A program made the translations under genes and the position numbers. A stretch of 63,304 nt of DNA, counting the filler. It is 6 parts of 6 records of this genome, joined end to end, with 100 filler letters (N's around TTAATTAATTAA, not from the genome) between each part and the next. Parts side by side here need not be neighbours in the genome. Positions count along the whole stretch, not along the records: positions 49,797 to 58,022 come from SRR2962707_980; positions 58,123 to 63,304 come from SRR2962707_1000; 4 more parts are not named here. One strand, written 5' to 3'. A model generated the notes under the pieces. The model did no database searches. It was not told where the DNA came from and worked only from the letters and a program-made list of their open reading frames with translations. This document shows positions 53,001 through 61,100 of this stretch, piece after piece. Numbering within the stretch: position 1 is the stretch's first letter; every line of letters begins with the position of its first letter.

Positions 53001-53059
53001 AGCGTATCGAGAAACGGCACGTGCGGGCCGATCGAGAAAATCGTGTCCGGTTGCGCCAT
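49997..53059 (-). CDS. addB: Double-strand break repair protein AddB
   Basis: IYLPTRRA, AGSTGSIPATA, PGPWMSRGMR; nuclease GRADRID...IIDFKTG...QLPLEA; likely start MAQPD at 53059. Confidence 0.93.
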   Translation of the reverse strand: MAQPDTIFSIGPHVPFLDTLAEAIIDGRVAPGWRREGPFWLSDFTIYLPTRRAANKLSRILADRLGDTPMLLPDIRPLGGDDPSQEPFIPPYEPVELPGAINRFKRRLLLAEIIERWLAVQGEGAFSAPGPGGFSGAPNGAEIFALADSLGTLIDDFTIARLDPRSLKGIESDQLPAQWQEHLDFVTFVLDAWPHILAAEGEMEAAERTNILLERKAASLEVVHGDRPVVVAGSTGSIPATADLIGAVAKLANGAVVLAGLDRQIDSDTLNDPGHNPHGHPQYGLARLLRRLGTVPEAVTELAPHDAPRTKILNAALGLPDATAQWQAIAQGLGAGLEAGTEGLSLLVARTPEEEARAIAVCVHDALEQGKSVAIIAPDQTLARRICAELARFGVKLDDAAGTPLLLSRAGRLVRQAVSVLANGLSAVDIMALLRNRHVALGLGRGQVALAGQWLDLGVLRGQRPLPGFDGLRRAVADNLEGATRRPALKLDADKAQAVTALIDALEAALTPLARLMARDGFAASNVAATLGETIESLRDVPQGEKQVPLEGEDELARWIEMAARQGGRGPKLTGGGLGFALDGLMAGQSVRPRQPDAEDVQLFGRLEARLMKADRMILAGMIETVWPEVADPGPWMSRGMRLAAGLEPPEKLHGLAAHDFLMAAGGPEVVFTLPERAGTSPANPSRLIQRLEAFVGPDINKTMQARGVVWVEMARRLDATGLPPQPAGRPAPKPPAAVRPRRLSITEAEMLLRSPYDLYARHVLALRRIDPLGADPDHAERGTLIHDILGDFLAAGHDPADGNAFETIMAIARERYGRLDAIPARRDIWLARFGAIARAFLDFERDRPQIAARMAEISGKIELPLCDPPFVLSGRADRIDRTTSGGLEIIDFKTGQVPKPPEMKQFFAPQLPLEAHMARTGGFVGAEGQTEGMAFIKLSHGPKALEITQYAVPEGMCLSEVIDTTFALFQNHVSALLLRDDFPMAARVLPKANQRFKGDYDHLARTEEWTLLDSGEDGE

Positions 53060-53802
53060 CACACGAGCGCGCCGATATCCTGCTCGGTGCGCTCCAGCGC
53101 CTGGCGGTCGCCAACGTGAAACCACGGCGCGGCGATTTCAACGCCCCAAAGCCGCCCGGCTTCCCGCGCCGTCTCAAAGTGCCGGTAAAGCGAAAACGGC
53201 ACGTCGGGTCCGGTTGCAGCCAGTTCGCGCGAAATCAGCGCTGCGCCGGCATAAACCATGGGCCGCCCGTGTGCGCTGGAAAGCCGCCCGTCCGCGTCCA
53301 TGAGATAATCGGCACCCTTGCGAAACCCCGAAGCCTTGTCGGGCGCCACGCACAACAGCACGATATCGGCCTCATTCGCCCCAAAGCACGCCTGCATCCG
53401 CGCAATAGGGGTGTCGCTGCCCGGAAGCCAGAACGTGTCGGTGTTGAGCGCCAGCACCGGATCCGATGACATCAGCGGCAACGCCTTGCGCAATCCGCCC
53501 CCCGTATCGAGCAGCCGGTCCTTTTCGTGGCTCACGGCGAAGTCCAGATCGGGCAGGGCGCCGTCCAGCCGCGCGAAATGGGCGGCGATCATTTCGGCCT
53601 TGTGATGGGCGTTGACCACAAACCGCGTGCAGCCCTCGGCCAGTGCCGCGTCGATTGCGTGGTCGATCAGCGGCTTTCCCGCCACTTCGATCAACGCCTT
53701 GGGCCTCTCGAAGGTTATTGGCCGCATCCGCGTGCCCAGTCCCGCCGCAAGCAGCATCACATCGGGCATGGCAATCGGGGAAACGGGAAAGGAATCGCTC
53801 AT
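53059..53802 (-). CDS. murU: Nucleotidyltransferase, MurU-like
   Basis: MLLAAGLGTRMRPIT...PKAL, LLDTGGG, WFHVG; standard position between tsaE and addB. Confidence 0.8.
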   Translation of the reverse strand: MSDSFPVSPIAMPDVMLLAAGLGTRMRPITFERPKALIEVAGKPLIDHAIDAALAEGCTRFVVNAHHKAEMIAAHFARLDGALPDLDFAVSHEKDRLLDTGGGLRKALPLMSSDPVLALNTDTFWLPGSDTPIARMQACFGANEADIVLLCVAPDKASGFRKGADYLMDADGRLSSAHGRPMVYAGAALISRELAATGPDVPFSLYRHFETAREAGRLWGVEIAAPWFHVGDRQALERTEQDIGALV

Positions 53803-53805
53803 GGC

Positions 53806-54276
53806 CTATTGTGTCCCTTCGGCCCGCCAGGGTGCAAGCGCCCTGGCAAGCTGATCCATCTCGCGACCTCTGGCCCTAACGCTCAAAACGCGACCGACCC
53901 CTCCAGCGCCCATGCGTATTGCAATCCCCAGCCCCGGCCGCCGCAAAAGCGAAGGTGCGCGCTCGGGCCATTCGACAAGCACGATGTCGCTCTCGTCCTC
54001 GATCAGCCCCAACTCGTCGATCTCGGATTCATCGGCCAGCCGGTAAAGATCGGCATGGATGATCCCCTTGTACGGCTGGACGATGGCAAAGGTCGGGGAG
54101 GGGACTTCAAGGTCGGGCTCGGCGAGCCGCGTCCTGATGATGGCCCGCGCCAGCGCCGTCTTGCCTGCGCCCAGGTCGCCCTCCAGCGTTACGATATCGC
54201 CCGCCTTAAGGTGTACGGCAACTGCGGCCCCGATGGCATCGGTGGCCGCCGCGTCTGGCGCGAACAGCGCGATCAT
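53806..54276 (-). CDS. tsaE: tRNA threonylcarbamoyladenosine biosynthesis ATPase
   Basis: GDLGAGKT, VPSPTF, HADLYRL, LVEWPE. Confidence 0.95.
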   Translation of the reverse strand: MIALFAPDAAATDAIGAAVAVHLKAGDIVTLEGDLGAGKTALARAIIRTRLAEPDLEVPSPTFAIVQPYKGIIHADLYRLADESEIDELGLIEDESDIVLVEWPERAPSLLRRPGLGIAIRMGAGGVGRVLSVRARGREMDQLARALAPWRAEGTQ

Positions 54277-54280
54277 GGCC

Positions 54281-56773
54281 CTATTCGCCCGCGTTCTGGG
54301 CCAGCGCGGTGTTGGCGGGAATGATCACCGTCACCCGCGTGCCGCGCGGCTGGCGGCCTTCGATCAAAACCGAACCGCCGTGGAGATTGACGAAGGTCTT
54401 TACGATGGCCAGCCCCAGCCCTGCGCCCCGCTGGCGGCCCTCGACCGATTGCCCCTCGAAGCGCTGGAACATCGCATTGCGCACGTCCTCGGGAATGCCC
54501 ACCCCGTCATCCTCGACGGCAAAGGCGATCCTGTCATTGCCGCGCGAAGAAACCTTGAGCCGCACCAGCGAACCGGGATCGGAAAACCGCGCGGCGTTGG
54601 ACAGAAGGTTATAGAGCACCTGAACGATCCGCGTGCCATCGGCCACAAAGGTCGGCAGATCGTCTTCGATCTCGACAGCCAGATCGACCTTTTCCTCGCC
54701 GCCCGTAAACGTAGCATCCAGCCCGGCCCGGGCCTTTTCGATCAGTGTCGAGATATCGAGCACTTCGGGGTTGAGCTGGGCAATCCCCGCATCCACTGTC
54801 GCCAGATCCAGAATGTTGTCGATCAGAAGGCCCAGATTGGCGCTCGAAGCGCGGATATAATCGGTATAGGCGCGCTGCTTGTCGGAAAGCGGCCCCATGT
54901 CGTCCGAAGCCAGAAGGTCGGCAAAACCGATGATATTGGTCAGGGGAGAGCGCAATTCGTACGAAACGTTCTGCACGAACGTATCCTTGAGCCGATCCGC
55001 AGCGATCAGCGCTTCGTTGCGTTCTTTCAGCACCCGCTCGTAATTGGCGCTTTCCGAAACGTCCACGAACGTCATCATGGTCTGCCCGTCCGGCAGCCGC
55101 ACCACTGCATAATCGAGCAGCCGCCCATCGGCGCGGGTGATCCGCCCCTTGGTGTCCGACCGCGTGGGGTTGAGATCGATGATGCGCTGTTTCAGATCCC
55201 CCCAGATGCGTCGCCCGTCCTCGGGAAACGCCTCGGCGCAGGCCCGGGCGATCTCGTCGATATGGGGGTGGCTGCCCAGCGTGTTCATGGGCAGTTTCCA
55301 TAGCATCGACAGCCGCGGATTGTGCAGTTTCAGCCGCCCGTTTGTGCCGAACACCGCAACGCCTTCGGTCAGCGCGTTCAAGGTTTCGCGCTGTACATGC
55401 ATCAGGGCGTTGTGACGGGTTTCCAGCGCCAGTCGCTCGGTCATGTCCTCAAAGACATAGATCACCCCGCCCGTGCCGGTCGCCGGTGCGGCAATCACAT
55501 TGGCGCAGCGCCCGTCGGGCAGATACCACGGCACCTCGCGCGGCGCGGTCAGCGCATAGCTCATCAGATGCTTGCCGCGCCAGTCGCGATAATCGGTCTC
55601 GGCCGGCAGCGCCCCCTGCGTGCGCAACTTGTCGAGGATCGCCTTTTCATTGGGCTCGGTGTTGAGCCAGCTGGTCTCCAGCCCCCAGAAATTGGCATAG
55701 GCGGTGTTGTAGTGGGTCAGCTGCTGGCGTTTGTCGAACACGGCAATGGGCGTCGCCAGCGCATCGATCACAGTGGTCAAATGCCCCAGATCGGGCTCGG
55801 CATTTTCGGTTTCAACCGGCTTGGCGCGTGCCACGGGCAGATAGCAATAGCCGGCGCTTCCGCCCGAAAGCGGAAACAGCACAAGCTCGAGCCCGCCGGC
55901 AATGGCGTGCTCTTCGGTAAAGGCGATCGTATCGGCCGCATCCTCGATGGCCTTGAGATGCCGCTCGCGGGTCGCAACGTCAAAAATGTCAGGCGCCGTG
56001 CCGCGCTCGCCCTTCAGCCCCAGCGTGCGGGTGAAATGGAGATAGGCCGCATTTGTGTAGATCAACAGGCCATCCTTGTCGCGCAACCAGGCGGGGATGG
56101 TGAGATTGGCCAGAATGGCCTGCGCTTCGGCCGGTGAGGGCAGGCGGGTCAGATCAGCGCCCCTGAGCGGCGGTTCGACTGTCGCGCCCGAAGGCCGCAA
56201 CCGCACCACTGCCGCACCGCCCACCAGCCGCCCCGTGGCCCGGATGATCCGTCCGTCGCGTGCCGTAACCGATGTTTCGAACACCCGGCCCTCGATCCGC
56301 AAATCGGTCAGCCGCGCCGCCAGCGCCCGCGCCGCCTCGTCTTCAAGCCAGGAGCGGAATTCGAGCACGGCGTGCGTGCGGTTTTCACCCGGCAGAAGTG
56401 CGGTGATTGGCCCGATGACCGAAGGTTCGATCCCCGCATCGCGCCAGATGATGGTGACTTCGGGCATGCCGGCCAGAAGGCCCTCGAACTCGTCGAGCGC
56501 GGCGCGCATCGCTCCCAGCTTTTCGCTCGCATCAAGCTGCGCGGCTTCGGCTTCCCGTCGCCATTTCAGCGCTAAAAGAGTTGCGACCAGCCCGAACCCG
56601 GCGGCGCCCAGCGCCATCGTATAGGGTGCGGCGCCCGATATGGCGGTGGCTGCAAAGGGAGCGGCAAGGGCAGGGGAGGCGGCAAGAAGGGCTGCGCCCG
56701 CGACGCCAACGGATACGAATCCCGTAAATTTCCGGAATCCCGCCGGCTGCATTCCTGATGCCCCCTTGTCCAA
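54281..56773 (-). CDS. divL: PAS-domain atypical histidine kinase DivL
   Basis: Multiple PAS-like segments; H-box has Tyr in place of His (NVSYELRSPL), the DivL hallmark; located between ahcY and tsaE. Confidence 0.88.
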   Translation of the reverse strand: MDKGASGMQPAGFRKFTGFVSVGVAGAALLAASPALAAPFAATAISGAAPYTMALGAAGFGLVATLLALKWRREAEAAQLDASEKLGAMRAALDEFEGLLAGMPEVTIIWRDAGIEPSVIGPITALLPGENRTHAVLEFRSWLEDEAARALAARLTDLRIEGRVFETSVTARDGRIIRATGRLVGGAAVVRLRPSGATVEPPLRGADLTRLPSPAEAQAILANLTIPAWLRDKDGLLIYTNAAYLHFTRTLGLKGERGTAPDIFDVATRERHLKAIEDAADTIAFTEEHAIAGGLELVLFPLSGGSAGYCYLPVARAKPVETENAEPDLGHLTTVIDALATPIAVFDKRQQLTHYNTAYANFWGLETSWLNTEPNEKAILDKLRTQGALPAETDYRDWRGKHLMSYALTAPREVPWYLPDGRCANVIAAPATGTGGVIYVFEDMTERLALETRHNALMHVQRETLNALTEGVAVFGTNGRLKLHNPRLSMLWKLPMNTLGSHPHIDEIARACAEAFPEDGRRIWGDLKQRIIDLNPTRSDTKGRITRADGRLLDYAVVRLPDGQTMMTFVDVSESANYERVLKERNEALIAADRLKDTFVQNVSYELRSPLTNIIGFADLLASDDMGPLSDKQRAYTDYIRASSANLGLLIDNILDLATVDAGIAQLNPEVLDISTLIEKARAGLDATFTGGEEKVDLAVEIEDDLPTFVADGTRIVQVLYNLLSNAARFSDPGSLVRLKVSSRGNDRIAFAVEDDGVGIPEDVRNAMFQRFEGQSVEGRQRGAGLGLAIVKTFVNLHGGSVLIEGRQPRGTRVTVIIPANTALAQNAGE

Positions 56774-56817
56774 TGATTTACCTTGACTGGCCCCTGGGAT
56801 CGCCAGAAAGGCCCCCC

Positions 56818-56882
56818 GAATCAGTTAACCATAGCCGTGCGGCGAATCGCGAAAAAGAGTCAAACTGACGACCCGTGGATAA
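56818..56882. promoter_or_regulatory. Cell-cycle-type motif cluster upstream of divL
   Basis: GANTC at 56818, 56844 and 56857; TTAACCAT at 56825-56832; DnaA-box-like CGTGGATAA at 56874-56882. Confidence 0.45.
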
Positions 56883-56941
56883 CTTAGGGCTTGCACAGTC
56901 TCGCGCAGCCTATCTGATCCTGATTTGTTCCTCAAAAGGTT

Positions 56942-56966
56942 AAAAAAAGGGGCGCCGAAGCGCCCC
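56942..56966 (-). terminator. Rho-independent terminator after ahcY
   Basis: Minus strand GGGGCGC-TTCG-GCGCCCC-TTTTTTT. Confidence 0.88.
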
Positions 56967-56998
56967 AAATCCGTTCACAAAGGTTAACGCGCAGCCCC

Positions 56999-58021
56999 TC
57001 AATACCGGTAGTGGTCTGCCTTGAACGGGCCCTGCTGTGCAACGCCGATATAGTCGGCCTGCATCTTGGATAGCGTCGTCAGTTTGGCGCCAAGTTTGGC
57101 CAGGTGCAGGCTCGCGACCTTTTCGTCCAGGTGCTTGGGCAGCACATAGACCTTGTTTTCGTAGTCGTCGCCCTTGGTCCACAATTCGATCTGGGCCAGC
57201 GTCTGGTTGGAAAACGACGCGCTCATCACAAACGAAGGGTGCCCGGTCGCGTTGCCGAGGTTCACAAGCCGCCCTTCGGACAAGAGGATCATCTTCTTGT
57301 CGTCGGGGAATTCGACGATATCGACCTGCGGCTTGACGTTGGTCCATTTGAGGTTGCGCAGCGCGGCCACCTGGATCTCGTTGTCGAAGTGCCCGATATT
57401 GCACACGATCGCCATGTTCTTGACCCGGCGCATGTGGTCGATGGTCAGAACGTCCTTGTTGCCGGTCGCGGTCACCACGATATCGGCGCGCTCGATGGCG
57501 TCTTCGAGCGTCACCACCTCATAACCGTCCATCGCCGCCTGCAGCGCGCAGATCGGATCGACTTCGGTCACCAAGACGCGCGCTCCGGCGCCACGCAGGG
57601 ATTCGGCCGAACCCTTGCCAACGTCGCCATACCCGCAAACGATAGCCACTTTGCCGGCCATCATCACGTCGGTGCCCCGGCGGATGGCGTCCACAAGGCT
57701 CTCGCGGCAGCCATACTTGTTGTCGAACTTCGATTTCGTCACGCTGTCGTTGACGTTGATGGCCGGGAAGGGCAGATCGCCCTTTTCCTGCAGCTGGTAG
57801 AGCCGCATCACGCCTGTCGTCGTTTCTTCCGAAACGCCCTGGATCGACGCCCGGCATTTGGAGTAAAAGCCCGGCTCACGATCGAGCCGGCGCTTGATGA
57901 CCTTGAACAGCTCTTCTTCTTCCTCGTTGGAAGGATTGGCCAGAACCGAAGCATCGGTTTCGGCCCGCGAGCCGATCAGCACCAGCATGGTCGCGTCGCC
58001 GCCGTCGTCGAGGATCATGTT
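56999..58021 (-). CDS. ahcY: Adenosylhomocysteinase, 5'-truncated
   Basis: [54 protein letters not shown]-stop. Confidence 0.97.
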   Translation of the reverse strand, partial: NMILDDGGDATMLVLIGSRAETDASVLANPSNEEEEELFKVIKRRLDREPGFYSKCRASIQGVSEETTTGVMRLYQLQEKGDLPFPAINVNDSVTKSKFDNKYGCRESLVDAIRRGTDVMMAGKVAIVCGYGDVGKGSAESLRGAGARVLVTEVDPICALQAAMDGYEVVTLEDAIERADIVVTATGNKDVLTIDHMRRVKNMAIVCNIGHFDNEIQVAALRNLKWTNVKPQVDIVEFPDDKKMILLSEGRLVNLGNATGHPSFVMSASFSNQTLAQIELWTKGDDYENKVYVLPKHLDEKVASLHLAKLGAKLTTLSKMQADYIGVAQQGPFKADHYRY

Positions 58022-58022
58022 G

Positions 58023-58122
58023 NNNNNNNNNNNNNNNNNNNNNNNNNNNNNNNNNNNNNNNNNNNNTTAATTAATTAANNNNNNNNNNNNNNNNNNNNNN
58101 NNNNNNNNNNNNNNNNNNNNNN
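58023..58122. other. Artificial contig spacer
   Basis: N-run + TTAATTAATTAA + N-run. Confidence 0.99.
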
Positions 58123-61100
58123 CAAACAAACAAACAAACAAACAAACAAGAAAAAAAAATCGCAGCCATGACCAACGAACTTGACCAGGGTGAACCACAG
58201 TGTATCGGGCGTGCGGGTCATCATTACGAAGCCATTCTGAGCTGAATTGTAAAAACTCTTCCTGGTTGGAGTTGAATTGTGTCACGCACATTGGCCTGAA
58301 GCCATTGCAGTCAGCGCCAACAACTACGTCTCCAGAAAAAGTAAACACCCCGGCCAACGGCCCGATGTAATTCACATCAGCTAATACTGAACCCAGATAT
58401 CTGAGTCAGCAGGTCATGCAATTGTGGAGAGCATTAGCCGCCAATCAAAGCAACCAAAGCGCAAAGGACGGCATCAAAATCCCATGCCTGAGCCCCTTAC
58501 CGCTCGGGATCCAAGCGCTTGTTCACAACATTGGGGATCAGCGTAGCAATCGTTTCAGGCAACGTGCGGGGTTTCACTGGGTGCGCCAACAAAAACCGAA
58601 GGAACACGCTCAGAAGATACCTTCCAAAGAGCAACATTTAACTCTGTAAAAGGAAGAGCTAGCAAAGTTGTACTTAGTCAGTCAACAGGACAATGTCAGC
58701 AAACGAGGCACAACACGCACGAATCACTGAGCGGCACACGCCCTGTTACAGTCTCATCCCACAAGTTGACTGGCGCAGTGGTGCCTTCCGTGCTACGGCT
58801 ATCCAGCCCAAGAAATTTGCGGAACTCTGCGTCATTTGCCATCAGTTGGTACAGTTGCGACAAGTTGTTCATTTCGCCGTTGTTGGAAATGCACATGAGT
58901 GGTTGGATTTTATCCAAGCCTTTTGGAGCGTTTGTGCAAAATCTGTCGTGTACAAGGCCCTGCGATGCACGGAACAGCGGATTTTGAAGGTCTGGAAACG
59001 CCAAAGCCAGGTCGCTTGGCGCCATTAAAGCTTTGTAGATGACATTGCCACCAGGTTCAGCTGAAATTATGCTTGGCTTTTTCTCGCCATCAGGCTTTGA
59101 CAGTGTTTCAAAGTCGGCGCGCGTCTGGAATCGGAGCAGTGCTCGCCCGAAATCAGCGTTGTTCATGGTCTCCGGACGAAGCACAAGAAGTTGTTGGATC
59201 GGCAACTGCTGCGTCATTGCTACGACGCCAAACGCACCGCGATTCATTGGGACACTGCGTTCTGCGGCGACTGTCAACCCTTCGTCAGCTAAACGACGTT
59301 CGAGCCGCTCGCGGTAGATGGTGCTGTACTCTGCAGTCTCCGGTACGAAAGTAGCCACCACGGCAAAGTCATTACCATCGACCGCTGGTGCAGCTTGCTG
59401 CTTTTTTGATTTGTTTGAACCAACTGAGCGTCCAAACGCCTCACGGCCAAAAGCTTGCTCCCAAAATTCTGGATCTACGGTCAGATTGATGCCTGCCCCA
59501 TCAGAGGATTTCGGATCTGAAAATCCGGCACGGTGATTCATCATATTCAGCGAGTCCACAAGGCGCTCCACAACTTGGCGTGAATACCTGATGAAGCACC
59601 AATGGAACATGTCAGCTTAATGTGAGGCATTGTTTTGACACAAAGTGACCCTGGCCGGACGTAACAAAGACGCACCCTGACTTAACAGCAACAAAGTTGA
59701 TCCCACATGCCGCTCGCTCAGCATCTTCGGCCGAAACTGATGAAATCCCTGCGAGCTCACGGATCAGATCAAAGCTTCCAGCCGAAGGTGCGACAAGATC
59801 GTCGCTTCCCTTGCTCTTGGGCCCGACCCCCAGGTCCGTCATGGTGCGTGTAAGGCGGTCCTCGCCGGCGGCCCAGTCCTTCGACAGAAGCTGAATGTGC
59901 GGGTGAGTATCTCCGTGCCACCAATCCACATTCATGTGATCGGTCGGAGGCGCCATTTTCGGCGCTGTTGCTGGATCTATTGCCACGAACGCTTCCCGCA
60001 CAGCGGCTTCGCCTTCCGCGTTTTTGCGGGCGACTCGGAGCAGCGCAGCAGGCAGATGGTTATCTCGCACATTTGCCGCCGCTCGCTCCAGAAGCTCAAA
60101 CAGTCGCGCTGCTTCTGAGTCAGAGACTGGCCGAGCTTCAACACCCGTCAGGTTTTTTGCGTATCGAAACTCGGTCAAATTTTCTTCGTGAAGGGACCTG
60201 CAACCCCGACAAAGAATTAACACACCGCCGACACGAAGTTTTTGGTCAAGCAACAAAGCAAGATTCACGGACCTTGGTAGTACAATGACTCCGCCGCCCA
60301 TACCTCCACCAATGCCAGGGCCCATTGCAGCTGATTCTGGCATTCCCGTAATGTTGAGCTGCCGGTACCCACTCGTATCAAGCCGCTCTCCGAGCGTATT
60401 GTCGTAGTGGGACGGATAACTGCGGTGCAAAACAGCAACCAGTCACAACCAGTCACAGGCAGTGCGTGCAGGTAATCATGACATCATGACAGAACAGCAA
60501 TCAGTTTGAGCGGCAACAACGTACCCGAGCACAAAAAAGTGTCCACCGGTGCGGTAGCAGGAGCTCATGTCGCCTGTTGTTTCAACAAGACAATCCAACT
60601 CGTAGCTACGAATCGCTGCTCGATCGCCCATAGACCTGGCGATGAGAGTACCTGTGCCGGCACCATATCCAGCCTGCATGGACCAAGAACAGTGTATGCC
60701 CAAGGCAAAATCAAAATCGCTTTCTTTCCACAATTGTCGCGACGAAGGCCATCACTCACGAAACACACAATCGTACCTGATCTCCCATCACCTGGGCAAT
60801 GACTGTCCCGCCCGAAAGGGCCTTGCCAGCGCCATGGTTGACGGGACCATCAACCACAATCTCCATTCCTTTGTGAAGACCCATCCCAAACGACAAGCCG
60901 CCAACTCCTGCAACATCAATGCGCAGACCACGTTCTACGACCGCACTCGCAAGCGCGGGGTCTCTTTGCACAGTTCCAGCTAAGAGAGCACCAAAAGTCC
61001 GATGCTTGTTGGATGCATTTGCTTTCAATGACACAGGACCCTCTGCCGGTGTTTTCAGCTGAATCATCATTTCGGCCAAAAGTTTTTGCTCTGCGGTGGT

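Noticed and set aside
54940-54975. His-to-Tyr substitution at the kinase phospho-acceptor as a pseudogene sign
   Set aside because: This is the established DivL signature.
51471-55303. Long antisense ORFs (e.g. 51471-52787, 54059-55303; likewise 7154-8182, 10183-11163, 57104-58078)
   Set aside because: They are shadows of well-supported genes on the opposite strand in high-GC DNA, with no recognisable motifs.
56916-56930. GATC-N7-GTTC as an alphaproteobacterial LexA box for the addAB operon
   Set aside because: One mismatch in an 8-base motif and about 4 kb from addB; chance occurrence is likely.
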